Source: Chthonomonadaceae bacterium
GTDB taxonomy: Bacteria; Armatimonadota; Chthonomonadetes; Chthonomonadales; Chthonomonadaceae
Assembly: GCA_035651115.1 (NCBI GenBank)
Contig: DASRGL010000431.1
Location: 1,899 to 65,898 of the forward strand
Direction: 5' to 3'
Length of the DNA stretch: 64,000 nt
Part shown: piece by piece, positions 1 to 9,224 of the stretch
Layout of the letters: each line of letters opens with the position of its first letter
Numbering within the stretch: position 1 is the first letter of the stretch
The notes under the pieces: generated by a model
The model's database searches: none
What the model was told of the DNA's origin: nothing
Seen by the model: the letters and a program-made list of their open reading frames with translations, nothing else
Translations under genes and position numbers: made by a program

Positions 1-406
1 ACTCGTCCAGCAGATCGTCGTCCGGGGGCGCCAGCTTCGGGCGAGAGGTCAGCGTGGCGCGCTCGCCGGTTCCGTAGCGGAGCGCGATCATGCCGACGTT
101 GATCAGGTAGCAGAGCGCGATGTCGTGGCGGTCGGAGACGATCTGCGAGCCGTCTGCGGCCAGAACCGTGCAGGGCAGGGGGCGCGGCGGCGCGGCGTGG
201 GCGCGGTCGGGCGGCTCGTGCCAGGCGGCGACCAGCCAGGAGGTGCGACTGTGGGCGATTTTCTCGCGCGTCTCTTCCCAGAGCGGGCCGGATTCATGCA
301 GGCGGCGGCGGGCCTCTTTCCAGGCGGCCTGCTGTTGAGGCAGCGCGCGTGCCTGGTCTGCGGCGAAATTGCGTATCTGCGAGGTTATCTGGGCGAAGTC
401 GAGCAT
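1..406 (-). CDS. 5' part of a gene that runs off the left edge; NurA-like nuclease N-terminus (tentative)
   Basis: Absent from the ORF track because it has no stop in the window. My reverse-strand translation from ATG 406..404 reads MLDFAQITSQIRNFAADQARALPQQQ...CTVLAADGSQIVSDRHDIALCYLINVGMIALRYG and stays open to position 2. The DGS...INVG pattern resembles NurA-domain nucleases. Confidence 0.45.
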   Translation of the reverse strand, partial: MLDFAQITSQIRNFAADQARALPQQQAAWKEARRRLHESGPLWEETREKIAHSRTSWLVAAWHEPPDRAHAAPPRPLPCTVLAADGSQIVSDRHDIALCYLINVGMIALRYGTGERATLTSRPKLAPPDDDLLDE

Positions 407-416
407 GGTCTGCCTG

Positions 417-633
417 GCCCCCTCCCTGGCCCTCCCCCTGTTCTTGGGGGAGGGAACATTCGATATGCAGGCTTCGCCGTTCCTTTGCACTCCCGCAGGA
501 GTTGGAAGAGAGGCACAGGTTGGCGCTATCGCTCCCCTCTCCCTTGCAGGGAGAGGGGCCGGGGGTGAGGGTAGAGGCTTGCGCCCTTGCTCCCCCTCCC
601 CCTGTTCTTGGGGGGAGGGCCAGGGAGGGGGGC
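417..633. repeat. Composite palindromic repeat (type B MITE-like) with a nested type A end
   Basis: Left end is GCCCCCTCCCTGGCCCTCCCCC-TGTTCTT-GGGGGAGGG (417-454). Right end is CCCTCCCCC-TGTTCTT-GGGGGGAGGG-CCAGGGAGGGGGGC (592-633). The tails are inverted. A type A hairpin plus tail lies inside at 534-572. Confidence 0.75.
534..572. repeat. Solo type A repeat end (hairpin plus G-rich tail)
   Basis: CCCCTCTCCC-TTGCA-GGGAGAGGGG followed by CCGGGGGTGAGGGT. The same module occurs at 21878-21932, 40451-40490 and 43386-43426. Confidence 0.8.
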
Positions 634-799
634 AATCTCTCCAGCATTCTAACATGCCGCCGCCTGGCTGTCAATCCAGAAAGACCGGAACGGCGCGGTT
701 GTGTTTGCAGGCAGGTTCGGGTACAATAAGGGAGGTATCGAAAGCGAGCAACACGGTGCTGGCCTCCCGGCTGGCACAGGGCAGGGAGGGCCATCAGCG

Positions 800-1981
800 A
801 TGAGTGTGACCGTCAGGACAGACGCGCCGGAGGCGGAAGAGCGTAACGAACAGGACGCTGCCGCGCGCCATTGGGAGTGCCGCGAGTGCGAATATCAACT
901 CGTTGCGCCGAACCCGCCCGATGCCTGTCCGCTCTGCGGCGAACCCGGCGACCAGTTCCAGGAGACGCACCCCGTCGCGATGGACACCCTGGACAAGCAG
1001 CTCTGCAATCTGCTGCAGCATGGCGTGCCGCTCGTCGAGAATCCGTGGGAGGTCTACGGCGCGGAACTGGGCCTCTCCAGCGACGAGGTCATGGCGCGCA
1101 TCCGCCGCATGAAGGCCGACGTGATCCGCCAGATCTCCGCCATCTTCGACTCGCGCAGCCTGGGCTACAAGTCTACGCTGGTCGCCATGAGGTTCGCGCC
1201 GGAAGAGGTGGATCGAGGCGCGGCCATCATCAACAAGCATCCGGGCGTCAGCCACAACTACCGCCGCAACCACGTCTTCAACCTCTGGTTCACGCTCACC
1301 ATCCACAGCTCGCAAGACCTGGCGGAGGAGGTCCACAAGCTGGGCGAGGCGGCGGGCGCGCAGCAGACCATCCTGCTCCCCACCATCAAGCTGTTTAAGA
1401 TCGGCGTGAAGCTGGACGTGACCGGCGAGAAGGACGTGACCCGCCAGGAGGAAGGCCCGATCGTCCGGGGCGTCAAGAGCGCGCAGACGCTCACGCCGCG
1501 TGAAGTCGAGGCGGTGCGCGTGTTGCAGCGCGACCTGCCCATCGAGGAGCAGCCGTTCCGCGTCTGGGAGCAGAAGTTCGGCATTCCGCAGGACGAACTG
1601 TTCGACCACGCGCAGGCATTCATCGAGCGCGGCATCATGCGCCGGTTCAGCGCGGTGCTGCGGCATCGCAACGCGGGCTTCTCGGCGAACGCGATGGGGG
1701 TCTGGATCGTGCCGGAGAAGCGGCTGAGCGAGGTCGGTGAGATCATCGCGGGCTTCGCGGCCTGTAGCCACTGTTACCAGCGCCCCGCCTATCCCCCCGC
1801 CTGGCCCTACAATCTCTTCTCGATGGTGCATGGCAAGACGACCGATGACTGCCGCGCCGTGCTGGACTCGATGGCCGAAAAGACGGGCCTGCAAGAGTAC
1901 GCCATGCTCTACAGCACCAAAGAGTACAAAAAGGTGCGCGTGAAGTATTTTGCGCCCGGCACGCCCGTCCCGACCGCCTGA
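800..1981 (+). CDS. Fused siroheme decarboxylase (AhbA/AhbB or NirD/NirL-type, two AsnC-like modules) with an N-terminal CxxC...CxxC zinc-ribbon/rubredoxin-like motif
   Basis: The ORF track gives 701..1981. ATG 800 follows GGGAGGG at 784-790. The N-terminus reads WECRECEYQLVAPNPPDACPLCGE. Two NirD-like halves follow, with HPGVSHNYRRNHVFNLWFTL in the first and CSHCYQRP...YNLFSMVHG in the second. Confidence 0.75.
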   Translation: MSVTVRTDAPEAEERNEQDAAARHWECRECEYQLVAPNPPDACPLCGEPGDQFQETHPVAMDTLDKQLCNLLQHGVPLVENPWEVYGAELGLSSDEVMARIRRMKADVIRQISAIFDSRSLGYKSTLVAMRFAPEEVDRGAAIINKHPGVSHNYRRNHVFNLWFTLTIHSSQDLAEEVHKLGEAAGAQQTILLPTIKLFKIGVKLDVTGEKDVTRQEEGPIVRGVKSAQTLTPREVEAVRVLQRDLPIEEQPFRVWEQKFGIPQDELFDHAQAFIERGIMRRFSAVLRHRNAGFSANAMGVWIVPEKRLSEVGEIIAGFAACSHCYQRPAYPPAWPYNLFSMVHGKTTDDCRAVLDSMAEKTGLQEYAMLYSTKEYKKVRVKYFAPGTPVPTA

Positions 1982-2014
1982 GCAGGAAGAAACCGCCCGC
2001 TGTGCTAGAGTTAC

Positions 2015-2044
2015 AGAGACACGGAGAGAAATCCCCGTGTCTCT
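2015..2044. repeat. Type E hairpin (AGAGACACGG...CCGTGTCTCT) just after the ahb-like gene
   Basis: A 10-bp perfect stem. Related to CTAGAGGCACGGAGACACGGAG at 34043 and to the reverse complement of 36346-36368. It may also terminate transcription. Confidence 0.6.
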
Positions 2045-2094
2045 TCTGGTATGAATCAATGGTCGCAGCTTACCCAACATAGGCAGGAAGCGAG

Positions 2095-3426
2095 ATGAAC
2101 GCCTACGACATCATCGCGAAAAAGCGGGACGGCGGGGAACTCCGCGCGGAGGAGATCGCGCTTTTTGTGCGGGGTGTCGTGGAGGGCCGCGTGCCGGACT
2201 ACCAGGCCAGCGCGTGGCTGATGGCGGTCTATCTGCGCGGCATGACCGACCGGGAAACGCTCGACCTGACGCTTGCCATGCGCGATTCGGGAAGCCGGGT
2301 AGACCTCTCCGACCTGCCCAACGGCCCGGCGCTCGACAAGCACAGCACGGGCGGCGTGGGCGACAAGACGACGCTCGTAGTCGTGCCGATGCTGGCGGCG
2401 GCGGGCGTGCCGATGCTCAAGATGAGCGGGCGCGGCCTGGGCTTCTCCGGCGGCACGGTGGACAAGCTCGAATCCATCCCCGGCTTCCGCACGAGTCTGA
2501 CGATTGATGAGGCGAAAGCGCAGGTGCGGCGCATCGGAGCGGCGCTGATCGCGCAGTCCGCCGAACTTGCGCCCGCCGACAAAATCCTCTATGCGCTCCG
2601 TGACGTGACCGCCACCGTCGAGAGCATTCCGCTCATCGCCAGCAGCATTATGTCGAAGAAACTGGCGGCGGGCGCGGGGCGGATCGTGCTGGACGTGAAG
2701 GTGGGGCGGGGCGCGTTCATGAAGACGCGGGAACGGGCAGAAGAACTGGCGCGCGCGCTGATCGCCATCGGCAGGGGCGCGGGCGTGCCGACCTCCGCCG
2801 TGCTGACCGCGATGGACGAACCGCTCGGTTGGGCGATAGGCAACGCGCTGGAGGTGCGCGAGGCGCTGGACACGCTGGCGAATGCGCCGCAGACCGAGCC
2901 GCGTTTTCGCGACCTGTGCATCGCGCTGGCCGCGCACGGCCTGATGGCGGTCGGGAAGGCGGCAGACCACGATGCGGGCCGTGCGCTGGCGGAGCGGATA
3001 TTGACGTCCGGCGCGGCGGCGGAGAAGTTTGCGGAGATCGTGGCGGCGCAGGGCGGGCCGTCGGGCGGAGTGGAAGCGATGGCCGCCGCGCTGCCGGTCG
3101 CGCCGCTGCAAGTCGTCGTGAAAGCGGAGAGTGCGGGCGTCGTCGCGGGGATAGATGCGGAGGCGGTTGGGCGGCTGGCAATGGCGATGGGCGGGGGCCG
3201 CGCCGCCAAATCCGACCCCATTGATCCGGCGGTCGGCATCGTGCTGCGCTGCAAGGCGGGCGCGAGCGTGCCGCCGGGAACGGAACTGGCGACCCTGCAT
3301 CTGCGCGCTGCCGATGGCGCGCGGGCCGATGCATTTGCCGGGACGCTGCGCGCCGCCTATTCCCTCGCGCCGGAGGGCCAGGCTTCCCCGCCGCCCGCCT
3401 CCCCGGTTCTCGCCATCCTGCCTTGA
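2095..3426 (+). CDS. pdp: Pyrimidine-nucleoside (thymidine) phosphorylase
   Basis: 443 aa. Motifs MNAYDIIAKKRDGGEL, DKHSTGGVGDKT and SGRGLGFSGGTVDKLESIPGF are typical of the family. Confidence 0.9.
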   Translation: MNAYDIIAKKRDGGELRAEEIALFVRGVVEGRVPDYQASAWLMAVYLRGMTDRETLDLTLAMRDSGSRVDLSDLPNGPALDKHSTGGVGDKTTLVVVPMLAAAGVPMLKMSGRGLGFSGGTVDKLESIPGFRTSLTIDEAKAQVRRIGAALIAQSAELAPADKILYALRDVTATVESIPLIASSIMSKKLAAGAGRIVLDVKVGRGAFMKTRERAEELARALIAIGRGAGVPTSAVLTAMDEPLGWAIGNALEVREALDTLANAPQTEPRFRDLCIALAAHGLMAVGKAADHDAGRALAERILTSGAAAEKFAEIVAAQGGPSGGVEAMAAALPVAPLQVVVKAESAGVVAGIDAEAVGRLAMAMGGGRAAKSDPIDPAVGIVLRCKAGASVPPGTELATLHLRAADGARADAFAGTLRAAYSLAPEGQASPPPASPVLAILP

Positions 3427-3560
3427 TGCCGCCCTTTCCCCTACGATTACGTAAACTTAACCGGAGCGGTGTGTACTCCGGCACAGCCGAAAATCCCTGG
3501 ACTGTGCTATAGTATAGGCGCGACGCAATCGCGAACGAAATCGCTCCAATGGATAAGTAA

Positions 3561-4928
3561 GTGATGACGGAAGACCGTGTGCAAACTCTGGAACAGAATC
3601 TCGCCATGCGCGACCGCCAGATCGAGGCGGTGCATCGCGTCAGCGCGGCGCTGTTCTCCAAGACCGATCTCGACTCCCTGCTCCATGAGACCCTGCGGGT
3701 CTCGCTGGAGACGCTGGAAGCCGACGCCGGTTCTATCTATCTCTACGATAAAGAGAAGCGGAAACTCGTCTTCCGCTATATCTACGGCGGCGCGCCCTCC
3801 CTGCTCGGCGTCGAGATAGACCCGGAAGAAGACCGGGAGGGCAAGGCCGCCACCGTCTTCCGCACCGGCCTGCCGCTGCTGACCGATACCCGCACGGACA
3901 CCCATAACACCAGTATTGACGACCGCACGGGCTACCACACCAGCAACCTGCTCACCGTTCCTCTGAAGAATCTCGGCGGCGAGACCATCGGCGTGATGCA
4001 GGCGCTCAACAAGCGATCCGGGCCGTTCGGAGAGGATGACCTGGAACTGATGGAGATCATCGGCAGCCTGGCCGCGACCTCCATCGTCAACACGCAACTG
4101 GCGGAGGAGGCGCGGCTGGCGGCGGTGGCGCGGGCGCTCGGCGACCTGAGCCACGACATCAAGAACGCGCTGACGCCGGTGGAGTCGATGGTGGATACGA
4201 CCGTCGTCTCGTTCGTCGAGCCGATGTATAAGCGGCTGGATACGCTGCTGGCCGCGTGGGAGACGGCGCACCCGGAGATGGCGGCGGCGCTGCGCGAAAC
4301 GATAGGGCCGCTGCGGGACTGGTATCCGGAGATGCTGAGTTCGGTCAACGACGGCTGCGGGGACATTCGAGAGATGGTCAGCCAGATCGCCGACTACATC
4401 AAAGGCGCGCAGGCGACTCATATCGAGGTCTCCGACCTGAAGGCGGTGCTGGAGGAGCGGCTGCGGCGGCTGAACGTGGTGGCGCGCAACCGCCGCGTGA
4501 CGATTCATCTGGAAGGACTGGAGAGCGTGCCGCCGTTCCCGTTCGACCGGCGGCTGCTGGGCCGGGCCGTGTTCAACCTGGTCAACAATGCGCTCGGCGC
4601 GATCAGCGAGGCGGTGCAGAGGCGGACGCTCACCCTGCGGCCCTCCGGATTCAATGTCTGGGTGCGCGCCCGCGCCGTGCCGGAGGGAACGTTCCCGGAA
4701 GGCGGCTACTGCCTGATCGCGGTGCAGGACGACGGCCCCGGCATCCCGGAGCGAGTCAAGAGCCTGCTGTTCACGCCGCAGGTCATCAGTACGACACCGG
4801 GCGGCACGGGCATCGGCACGCGCTTCGTCAAGAGCGTCGCGGACGCGCACGGAGGGTTGGTCGGCGTGGAGAGCCAGATGGGAGAGGGCGCGCGCTTCTG
4901 GATCAAGCTGCCGCTTGTGGGGACCTAA
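3561..4928 (+). CDS. GAF-domain sensor histidine kinase
   Basis: N-terminal GAF-like region (ADAGSIYLYDKEKRKLVF...VMQALNK). H-box-like LSHDIKNALTPV. HATPase_c G-boxes DDGPGIP and GGTGIGTRF. Start is GTG 3561 or ATG 3564. Confidence 0.85.
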   Translation: MMTEDRVQTLEQNLAMRDRQIEAVHRVSAALFSKTDLDSLLHETLRVSLETLEADAGSIYLYDKEKRKLVFRYIYGGAPSLLGVEIDPEEDREGKAATVFRTGLPLLTDTRTDTHNTSIDDRTGYHTSNLLTVPLKNLGGETIGVMQALNKRSGPFGEDDLELMEIIGSLAATSIVNTQLAEEARLAAVARALGDLSHDIKNALTPVESMVDTTVVSFVEPMYKRLDTLLAAWETAHPEMAAALRETIGPLRDWYPEMLSSVNDGCGDIREMVSQIADYIKGAQATHIEVSDLKAVLEERLRRLNVVARNRRVTIHLEGLESVPPFPFDRRLLGRAVFNLVNNALGAISEAVQRRTLTLRPSGFNVWVRARAVPEGTFPEGGYCLIAVQDDGPGIPERVKSLLFTPQVISTTPGGTGIGTRFVKSVADAHGGLVGVESQMGEGARFWIKLPLVGT

Positions 4929-5104
4929 CCCCCCGTCCCCCTGCCCTAAAACGCTGCGCTGGGAAGGGGGAGCCAAAACACAAGGCTTGTGCCTCTCTTC
5001 CAACTCGCTACCGAGTTCAGGAGGAGGGCAAAGCCTCCAATCGGACTCTCCCCCTTCCCAGCGAGCCTGCGAGCGTTTTAGGGAAGGGGGATGGGGGGGT
5101 TAGG
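4924..5104. repeat. Type C inverted-repeat element (MITE-like, 181 bp) filling the gap between two convergent genes
   Basis: Left end CCTAACCCCCCGTCCCCCTGCCCTAAAACGCTGCGCTGGGAAGGGGGAG. Right end CTCCCCCTTCCCAGCGAGCCTGCGAGCGTTTTAGGGAAGGGGGATGGGGGGGTTAGG. The kinase stop TAA (4926-4928) lies inside the left end. Confidence 0.8.
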
Positions 5105-5794
5105 TCACTGCATCCGTTTTTCCAGTTCGGCGCGTTTGTGGATGGTGATGCGGTAGCTGGGGTCTACCGAAAGCAGGCCGCGCTGCCGGTAGGCGACCAT
5201 CACCTGGTTGACCCGCTCTCGCGACGCCCCCACCAACTGCGCGATGTCGCCCTGCGTCAGCCGGATGGGGATGAGAATGTCGCCGTTGGGAAGCGTCTGG
5301 CCGTACAGATTGCCGAACTCGATAAGCTGGTGCGCCACGCGCCCGTACACGTCGAAGGTCGAGTGCGCCAGGATACGCACGTTGGCGAGGCGCAGCCGCC
5401 GCGCGAGCAGCCGCAGCAGATTGCGCGTGAAGGTCGGGATCGTGTTCAGCATCTCCTCGTAGGTGGCGCGGTCAATGGAGATCAGGGTCGTCGCCTCCTG
5501 CGTGATGACATCGGCGGAGCGCGATCCCGAATCGAGCAGGCTCATCTCTCCGAAGGTGTCGCCTGCGGCCAGCAGCGCCAGGAAGACCTCGTTGCCGTCG
5601 GGAAGCGTCGAGGAGATTTTGACCGTGCCGTGCAGGATAACGAAAAAGTTCTCGCCGGGATCATCCTGATGGACGATGGCTTCGTCGGCGCGATAGGTGC
5701 GCTGCCGGGCGTGCGCCGCGACGAACTCCAACTGTTCCGGCGTGAATTTGTCGAAGAGGGCGATACTGGCAAGCTGTTTGGTATCCAGAGGCAT
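5105..5794 (-). CDS. Crp/Fnr family transcriptional regulator
   Basis: 229 aa. cNMP-binding region (FFVILHGTVKIS...GDTFGEMSLLD) followed by a C-terminal HTH (RLTQGDIAQLVGASRERVNQVM). Confidence 0.9.
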   Translation of the reverse strand: MPLDTKQLASIALFDKFTPEQLEFVAAHARQRTYRADEAIVHQDDPGENFFVILHGTVKISSTLPDGNEVFLALLAAGDTFGEMSLLDSGSRSADVITQEATTLISIDRATYEEMLNTIPTFTRNLLRLLARRLRLANVRILAHSTFDVYGRVAHQLIEFGNLYGQTLPNGDILIPIRLTQGDIAQLVGASRERVNQVMVAYRQRGLLSVDPSYRITIHKRAELEKRMQ

Positions 5795-6019
5795 ACGTCA
5801 TTTTCGCTTTCTCGATGACAGGAGAAACTCCGTCAATCAGGCAGGGGCGCAGGGCCGGGAGCGCATACACGGGTGACAACGCCGTAGGCGTCCAGGCGTT
5901 CTCCTCGTCGCCCTGATTATAGAGTGGTTAAGAGAGATTGTCAAGTAGGGGCGCAGCGGACGCGCGGCAAGACATCCGGGCGAGGGCGGGACATCGGGTC
6001 AAAAAACAGGAGCGACAGG

Positions 6020-9000
6020 TTGAAACTTGTGGTCTTGTGGGAAGCGGGCTTCCCGTTTGTGGAGACGGTGGAGACGACGCAGGAGGCGCTGCGGGCCGCC
6101 CTGCCGGAAGACGCGGCAGTGGCGTTCGTTGGGATGGAGGGACTGAAAGCGGCGCTGGCCGACCCCTCCGCCGTTCTGCTCACGCCCTACGGCTCGGCGT
6201 TCCCGAAAGCGGCCTGGCCCGCGCTCCATGCGTTTTTGCAGCGGGGCGGAAGCTGGGTCAACCTGGGCGGCGCGCCGCTCTCGCGGCCCGTTCGCCGCAA
6301 CGCCGACGGAAGCTGGCGCGTCGAAGTCCCACAGACCGCCTACGGCAAAGAGTTGGGCATCAACCAGGCGTTTCCGATAGAGTTTGGCCCCCCTCTTTGC
6401 GAGGAGAGGGGCCAGTGGGAGTGGGCGGACGCGCTGGCGCGCATGAATCCGCCGCCCGCGATCCCGAAGATGAACCGGGCCTGGTCGCTGCAAGTGCGCT
6501 GCACGGAGACGAAGGATTTCCCGCAGGAACAGGGCAGCAGCGGCACGCGCGACGCCGCGCTGCGCAGCCAGTGCTACGCCGGGCGAGACGGCAAGCGGCT
6601 GGCCGCGCCTATCATCGTCATTGACCGCCTGCGCGGGCCGGGCGCGGGCGGGCGCTGGGCGCTGGTGAATGCCGAACTGACGGAACCGCTCGACCCGGCG
6701 CTGCTGCGCGTGCTGCTGGAACATGCGGCTCAGGGGCCGATAGAACTGGAAGTCCGGCCCTCCTTCGCCTGCTACTATCCTGGCGAGCAGCCGTCGCTGA
6801 GCGTGCGGGTGAAGGCCCACCGCCTGCGCGGCACGGCGGCTCTCAGCCTCACGGCCCGCTTTGGAGAGGAAGAGGCGGCCCCGCTCTCCTCCAGCATGGT
6901 CACGCTGCCGCTCTCCGACGCGCCGACCTATCATCGGATCGAGTGGCACGGCCTGACCGTGCCGCATCCCGGCCTCTATCGCGTCGAGGCCCGGCTGTCC
7001 CTGGCGGAGGGCGGCGACATCCTGGCGCAGACCGAGACGGGCTTCTGGGGCTATGACGAGGAGTTGCTGCGTTCCGCGAAACCGCTGACCCTGAACCGGG
7101 ACTACTTCGAGCGCGACGGCGAACCCTATCCGGTGATGGGAACGACCTACATGGCGGGCGACACGCACCGCAAGTTCCTGTTCGAGCCGAACCCGGCGGT
7201 CTGGGATCGCGATTTCGCCGCGATGAAGGCGGCCGGCGTCAACATGGTGCGTACCGGCCTGTGGACGGCCTGGAAGCGCGTCATGCTCGACCCCGGCGCG
7301 GTAGACGAGGGCGTGCTGCGCGCCTTCGCCGCCTTCTTGCTGACCGCCCGCAAGTACGACATTCCCGTCATCTTCACCTTTTTCGCGTTTCTGCCGGAGG
7401 AGTGGGGCGGCAGCAATCCCTATCTCGATCCGCGCGCGGTGGAGGCGCAGAAGGAACTCGTCGCGGCGTTCGCGCATCGCTTCGCCCACGTCAACGATCT
7501 GATCTGGGACTTCATCAACGAGCCGTCGTTCTCCGCGCCCGCCCATATCTGGAAGACCCGGCCCAACTACGACGCTTTCGAGCGCGCGGCCTGGGCGAAG
7601 TGGCTGGCACAGCGCGCGGAGACCTTCTCGGAGGAGGAGAAGCGGGCCGCCGATCCGGCAGACGTGTGGCGCGAACGCTGGCGACTGACCCCGAACGCGC
7701 CGCTCGACCTGCCCGCGCTGGCGGATTTCGAGGACCGATATATCTTTCAAGGCACGCATCCGCTCCGCGTCCTGGACTATCGCCTGTTCGCGCAGGAGAT
7801 GTTCACGGACTGGGTGCGGCAGTTGGCGGCGGTCGTGCGCAGCAACGGCAATCCGCATCAGTTGGTCACGGTCGGGCAGGACGAGGGCGGCGCGGGAGAC
7901 CGGCCCAGCCCGCACTTCCACGCCGACGCCGTAGACTTCACGACGAACCACTCCTGGTGGCAGAACGACGATCTGCTCTGGGACGCGGTGATGACCAAGA
8001 CCCCGCACAAGCCCAATCTCATCCAGGAGACGGGCATCATGTTCGTGGAGAACGTGGACGGCAGCTATCGCCGCACGCCGGAAGACTGCGCGAACCTGCT
8101 GGCCCGCAAGCTGGCGCTCTCCTTCGCCGCCGGGTGCGCGGGCGCGATCCAGTGGCTCTGGAACACCAATATCTACATGGACAGCGATAACGAGGTCGGC
8201 ATCGGCTTCCTGCGCGCCGACGGCACGGAAAAGCCCGAACTCGACGTCTTTCGCGGCATCGCCAAGTTTATATGGGAGAACCGGCGCTTCCTGGTCGGGC
8301 GGAGGTTGGAAGAGGTCTGCATCGTCATCCCGCACTCCAACATGTTCAGCGTCCGCAACACTGCCGACATCGCCACGCGCCGCGCCGTCCGCACGCTGGA
8401 ATACGATCTCGGCGTTCCGACCCGCGCGGTCAGCGAGTACCGCATCCAGGACATCGGCGACCCGAAACTGATCGTCCTGCCCTCGCCCCGTGTTTTAACA
8501 CAAACCTGTTGGGAAACCCTTCTCGCTAAAGTTGAAGCCGGTGCGATCCTGCTCGTCACCGGCTTTTTCGCCGCCGATGCCTATTGGCGTTCTACAGATT
8601 ATGCGCAGCGCCTCGGCCTTGATACGGAGCTAAAGCCCGTTTCCCAACAAGAAATGGTCGCGTATGAGACGAAAAATGTCAACATCGGCGTGAGATTTGT
8701 TGGGGATGCAATCCATAAGTTAGACAAGGCGGCTTCCAAGGACAGCACGGAATTGAAATTGCGACATATTCCCTATGGCAAAGGGAATATCTACGCCTAT
8801 CCGGTTCCGGTGGAACTTGCAGATAGCCATGCTATCCATTGGCTCTATCCCGATGTCGTTCATGCTGCATTCAATCGAGGCCGAATGCGTTTTGAACACT
8901 CAGGAACCGAGTTGATTCGCAGATTAGAGTTTGCAGAACACATACTCTACCTTATTGTCAACGAGGCTGGCAGCGAATCGCTTGCCCTGAAACAGATTCG

Positions 9001-9118
9001 ACGCAAGGTGTTCAGTAATGAAGAGTTGGAAGGCGAACTGCCTCCTGGTCAGGTTGCACTTGCGTTCAAGCATCGCGAAACGGGCAGCCTGGTAGCGAAG
9101 TACGGGCAAACTCTATAA
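6020..9118 (+). CDS. Large clan GH-A (GH5/GH42-like) glycoside hydrolase; start uncertain
   Basis: The ORF track gives 5924..9118. TTG 6020 follows AGGAG at 6008-6012. TIM-barrel-like segment AAMKAAGVNMVRTGLW...IWDFINEPSF. The C-terminal third resembles a GH42 trimerisation-type domain. Confidence 0.6.
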   Translation: MKLVVLWEAGFPFVETVETTQEALRAALPEDAAVAFVGMEGLKAALADPSAVLLTPYGSAFPKAAWPALHAFLQRGGSWVNLGGAPLSRPVRRNADGSWRVEVPQTAYGKELGINQAFPIEFGPPLCEERGQWEWADALARMNPPPAIPKMNRAWSLQVRCTETKDFPQEQGSSGTRDAALRSQCYAGRDGKRLAAPIIVIDRLRGPGAGGRWALVNAELTEPLDPALLRVLLEHAAQGPIELEVRPSFACYYPGEQPSLSVRVKAHRLRGTAALSLTARFGEEEAAPLSSSMVTLPLSDAPTYHRIEWHGLTVPHPGLYRVEARLSLAEGGDILAQTETGFWGYDEELLRSAKPLTLNRDYFERDGEPYPVMGTTYMAGDTHRKFLFEPNPAVWDRDFAAMKAAGVNMVRTGLWTAWKRVMLDPGAVDEGVLRAFAAFLLTARKYDIPVIFTFFAFLPEEWGGSNPYLDPRAVEAQKELVAAFAHRFAHVNDLIWDFINEPSFSAPAHIWKTRPNYDAFERAAWAKWLAQRAETFSEEEKRAADPADVWRERWRLTPNAPLDLPALADFEDRYIFQGTHPLRVLDYRLFAQEMFTDWVRQLAAVVRSNGNPHQLVTVGQDEGGAGDRPSPHFHADAVDFTTNHSWWQNDDLLWDAVMTKTPHKPNLIQETGIMFVENVDGSYRRTPEDCANLLARKLALSFAAGCAGAIQWLWNTNIYMDSDNEVGIGFLRADGTEKPELDVFRGIAKFIWENRRFLVGRRLEEVCIVIPHSNMFSVRNTADIATRRAVRTLEYDLGVPTRAVSEYRIQDIGDPKLIVLPSPRVLTQTCWETLLAKVEAGAILLVTGFFAADAYWRSTDYAQRLGLDTELKPVSQQEMVAYETKNVNIGVRFVGDAIHKLDKAASKDSTELKLRHIPYGKGNIYAYPVPVELADSHAIHWLYPDVVHAAFNRGRMRFEHSGTELIRRLEFAEHILYLIVNEAGSESLALKQIRRKVFSNEELEGELPPGQVALAFKHRETGSLVAKYGQTL
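6390..6411. repeat. Short type A-like hairpin inside the glycoside hydrolase ORF
   Basis: CCCCTCT-TTGCGAGG-AGAGGGG, translated as PPLCEERGQ. Shorter than the other type A copies. Confidence 0.4.
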
Positions 9119-9224
9119 ATTCGCAAGAAAAGAGAAAAAAACGCAAAGGAAACGAAATGGAAAGTGTCGAATGAGGAAGGAAACGGAGAAGCGTTTCCAC
9201 CCTGACGGAGAAAGAGACGAATTC

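Noticed and set aside
794-2080. Long antisense or off-frame ORFs throughout the window (for example 794..2080-, 2056..3300-, 5999..8335-, 12142..13548+, 13886..16339+, 43023..44162-, 48626..50392-, 59913..61403-, 62090..63985-)
   Set aside because: They overlap genes with clear family motifs. They are dominated by Arg/Ala/Gly/Pro, as expected for non-coding frames in high-GC DNA, and lack RBSs.
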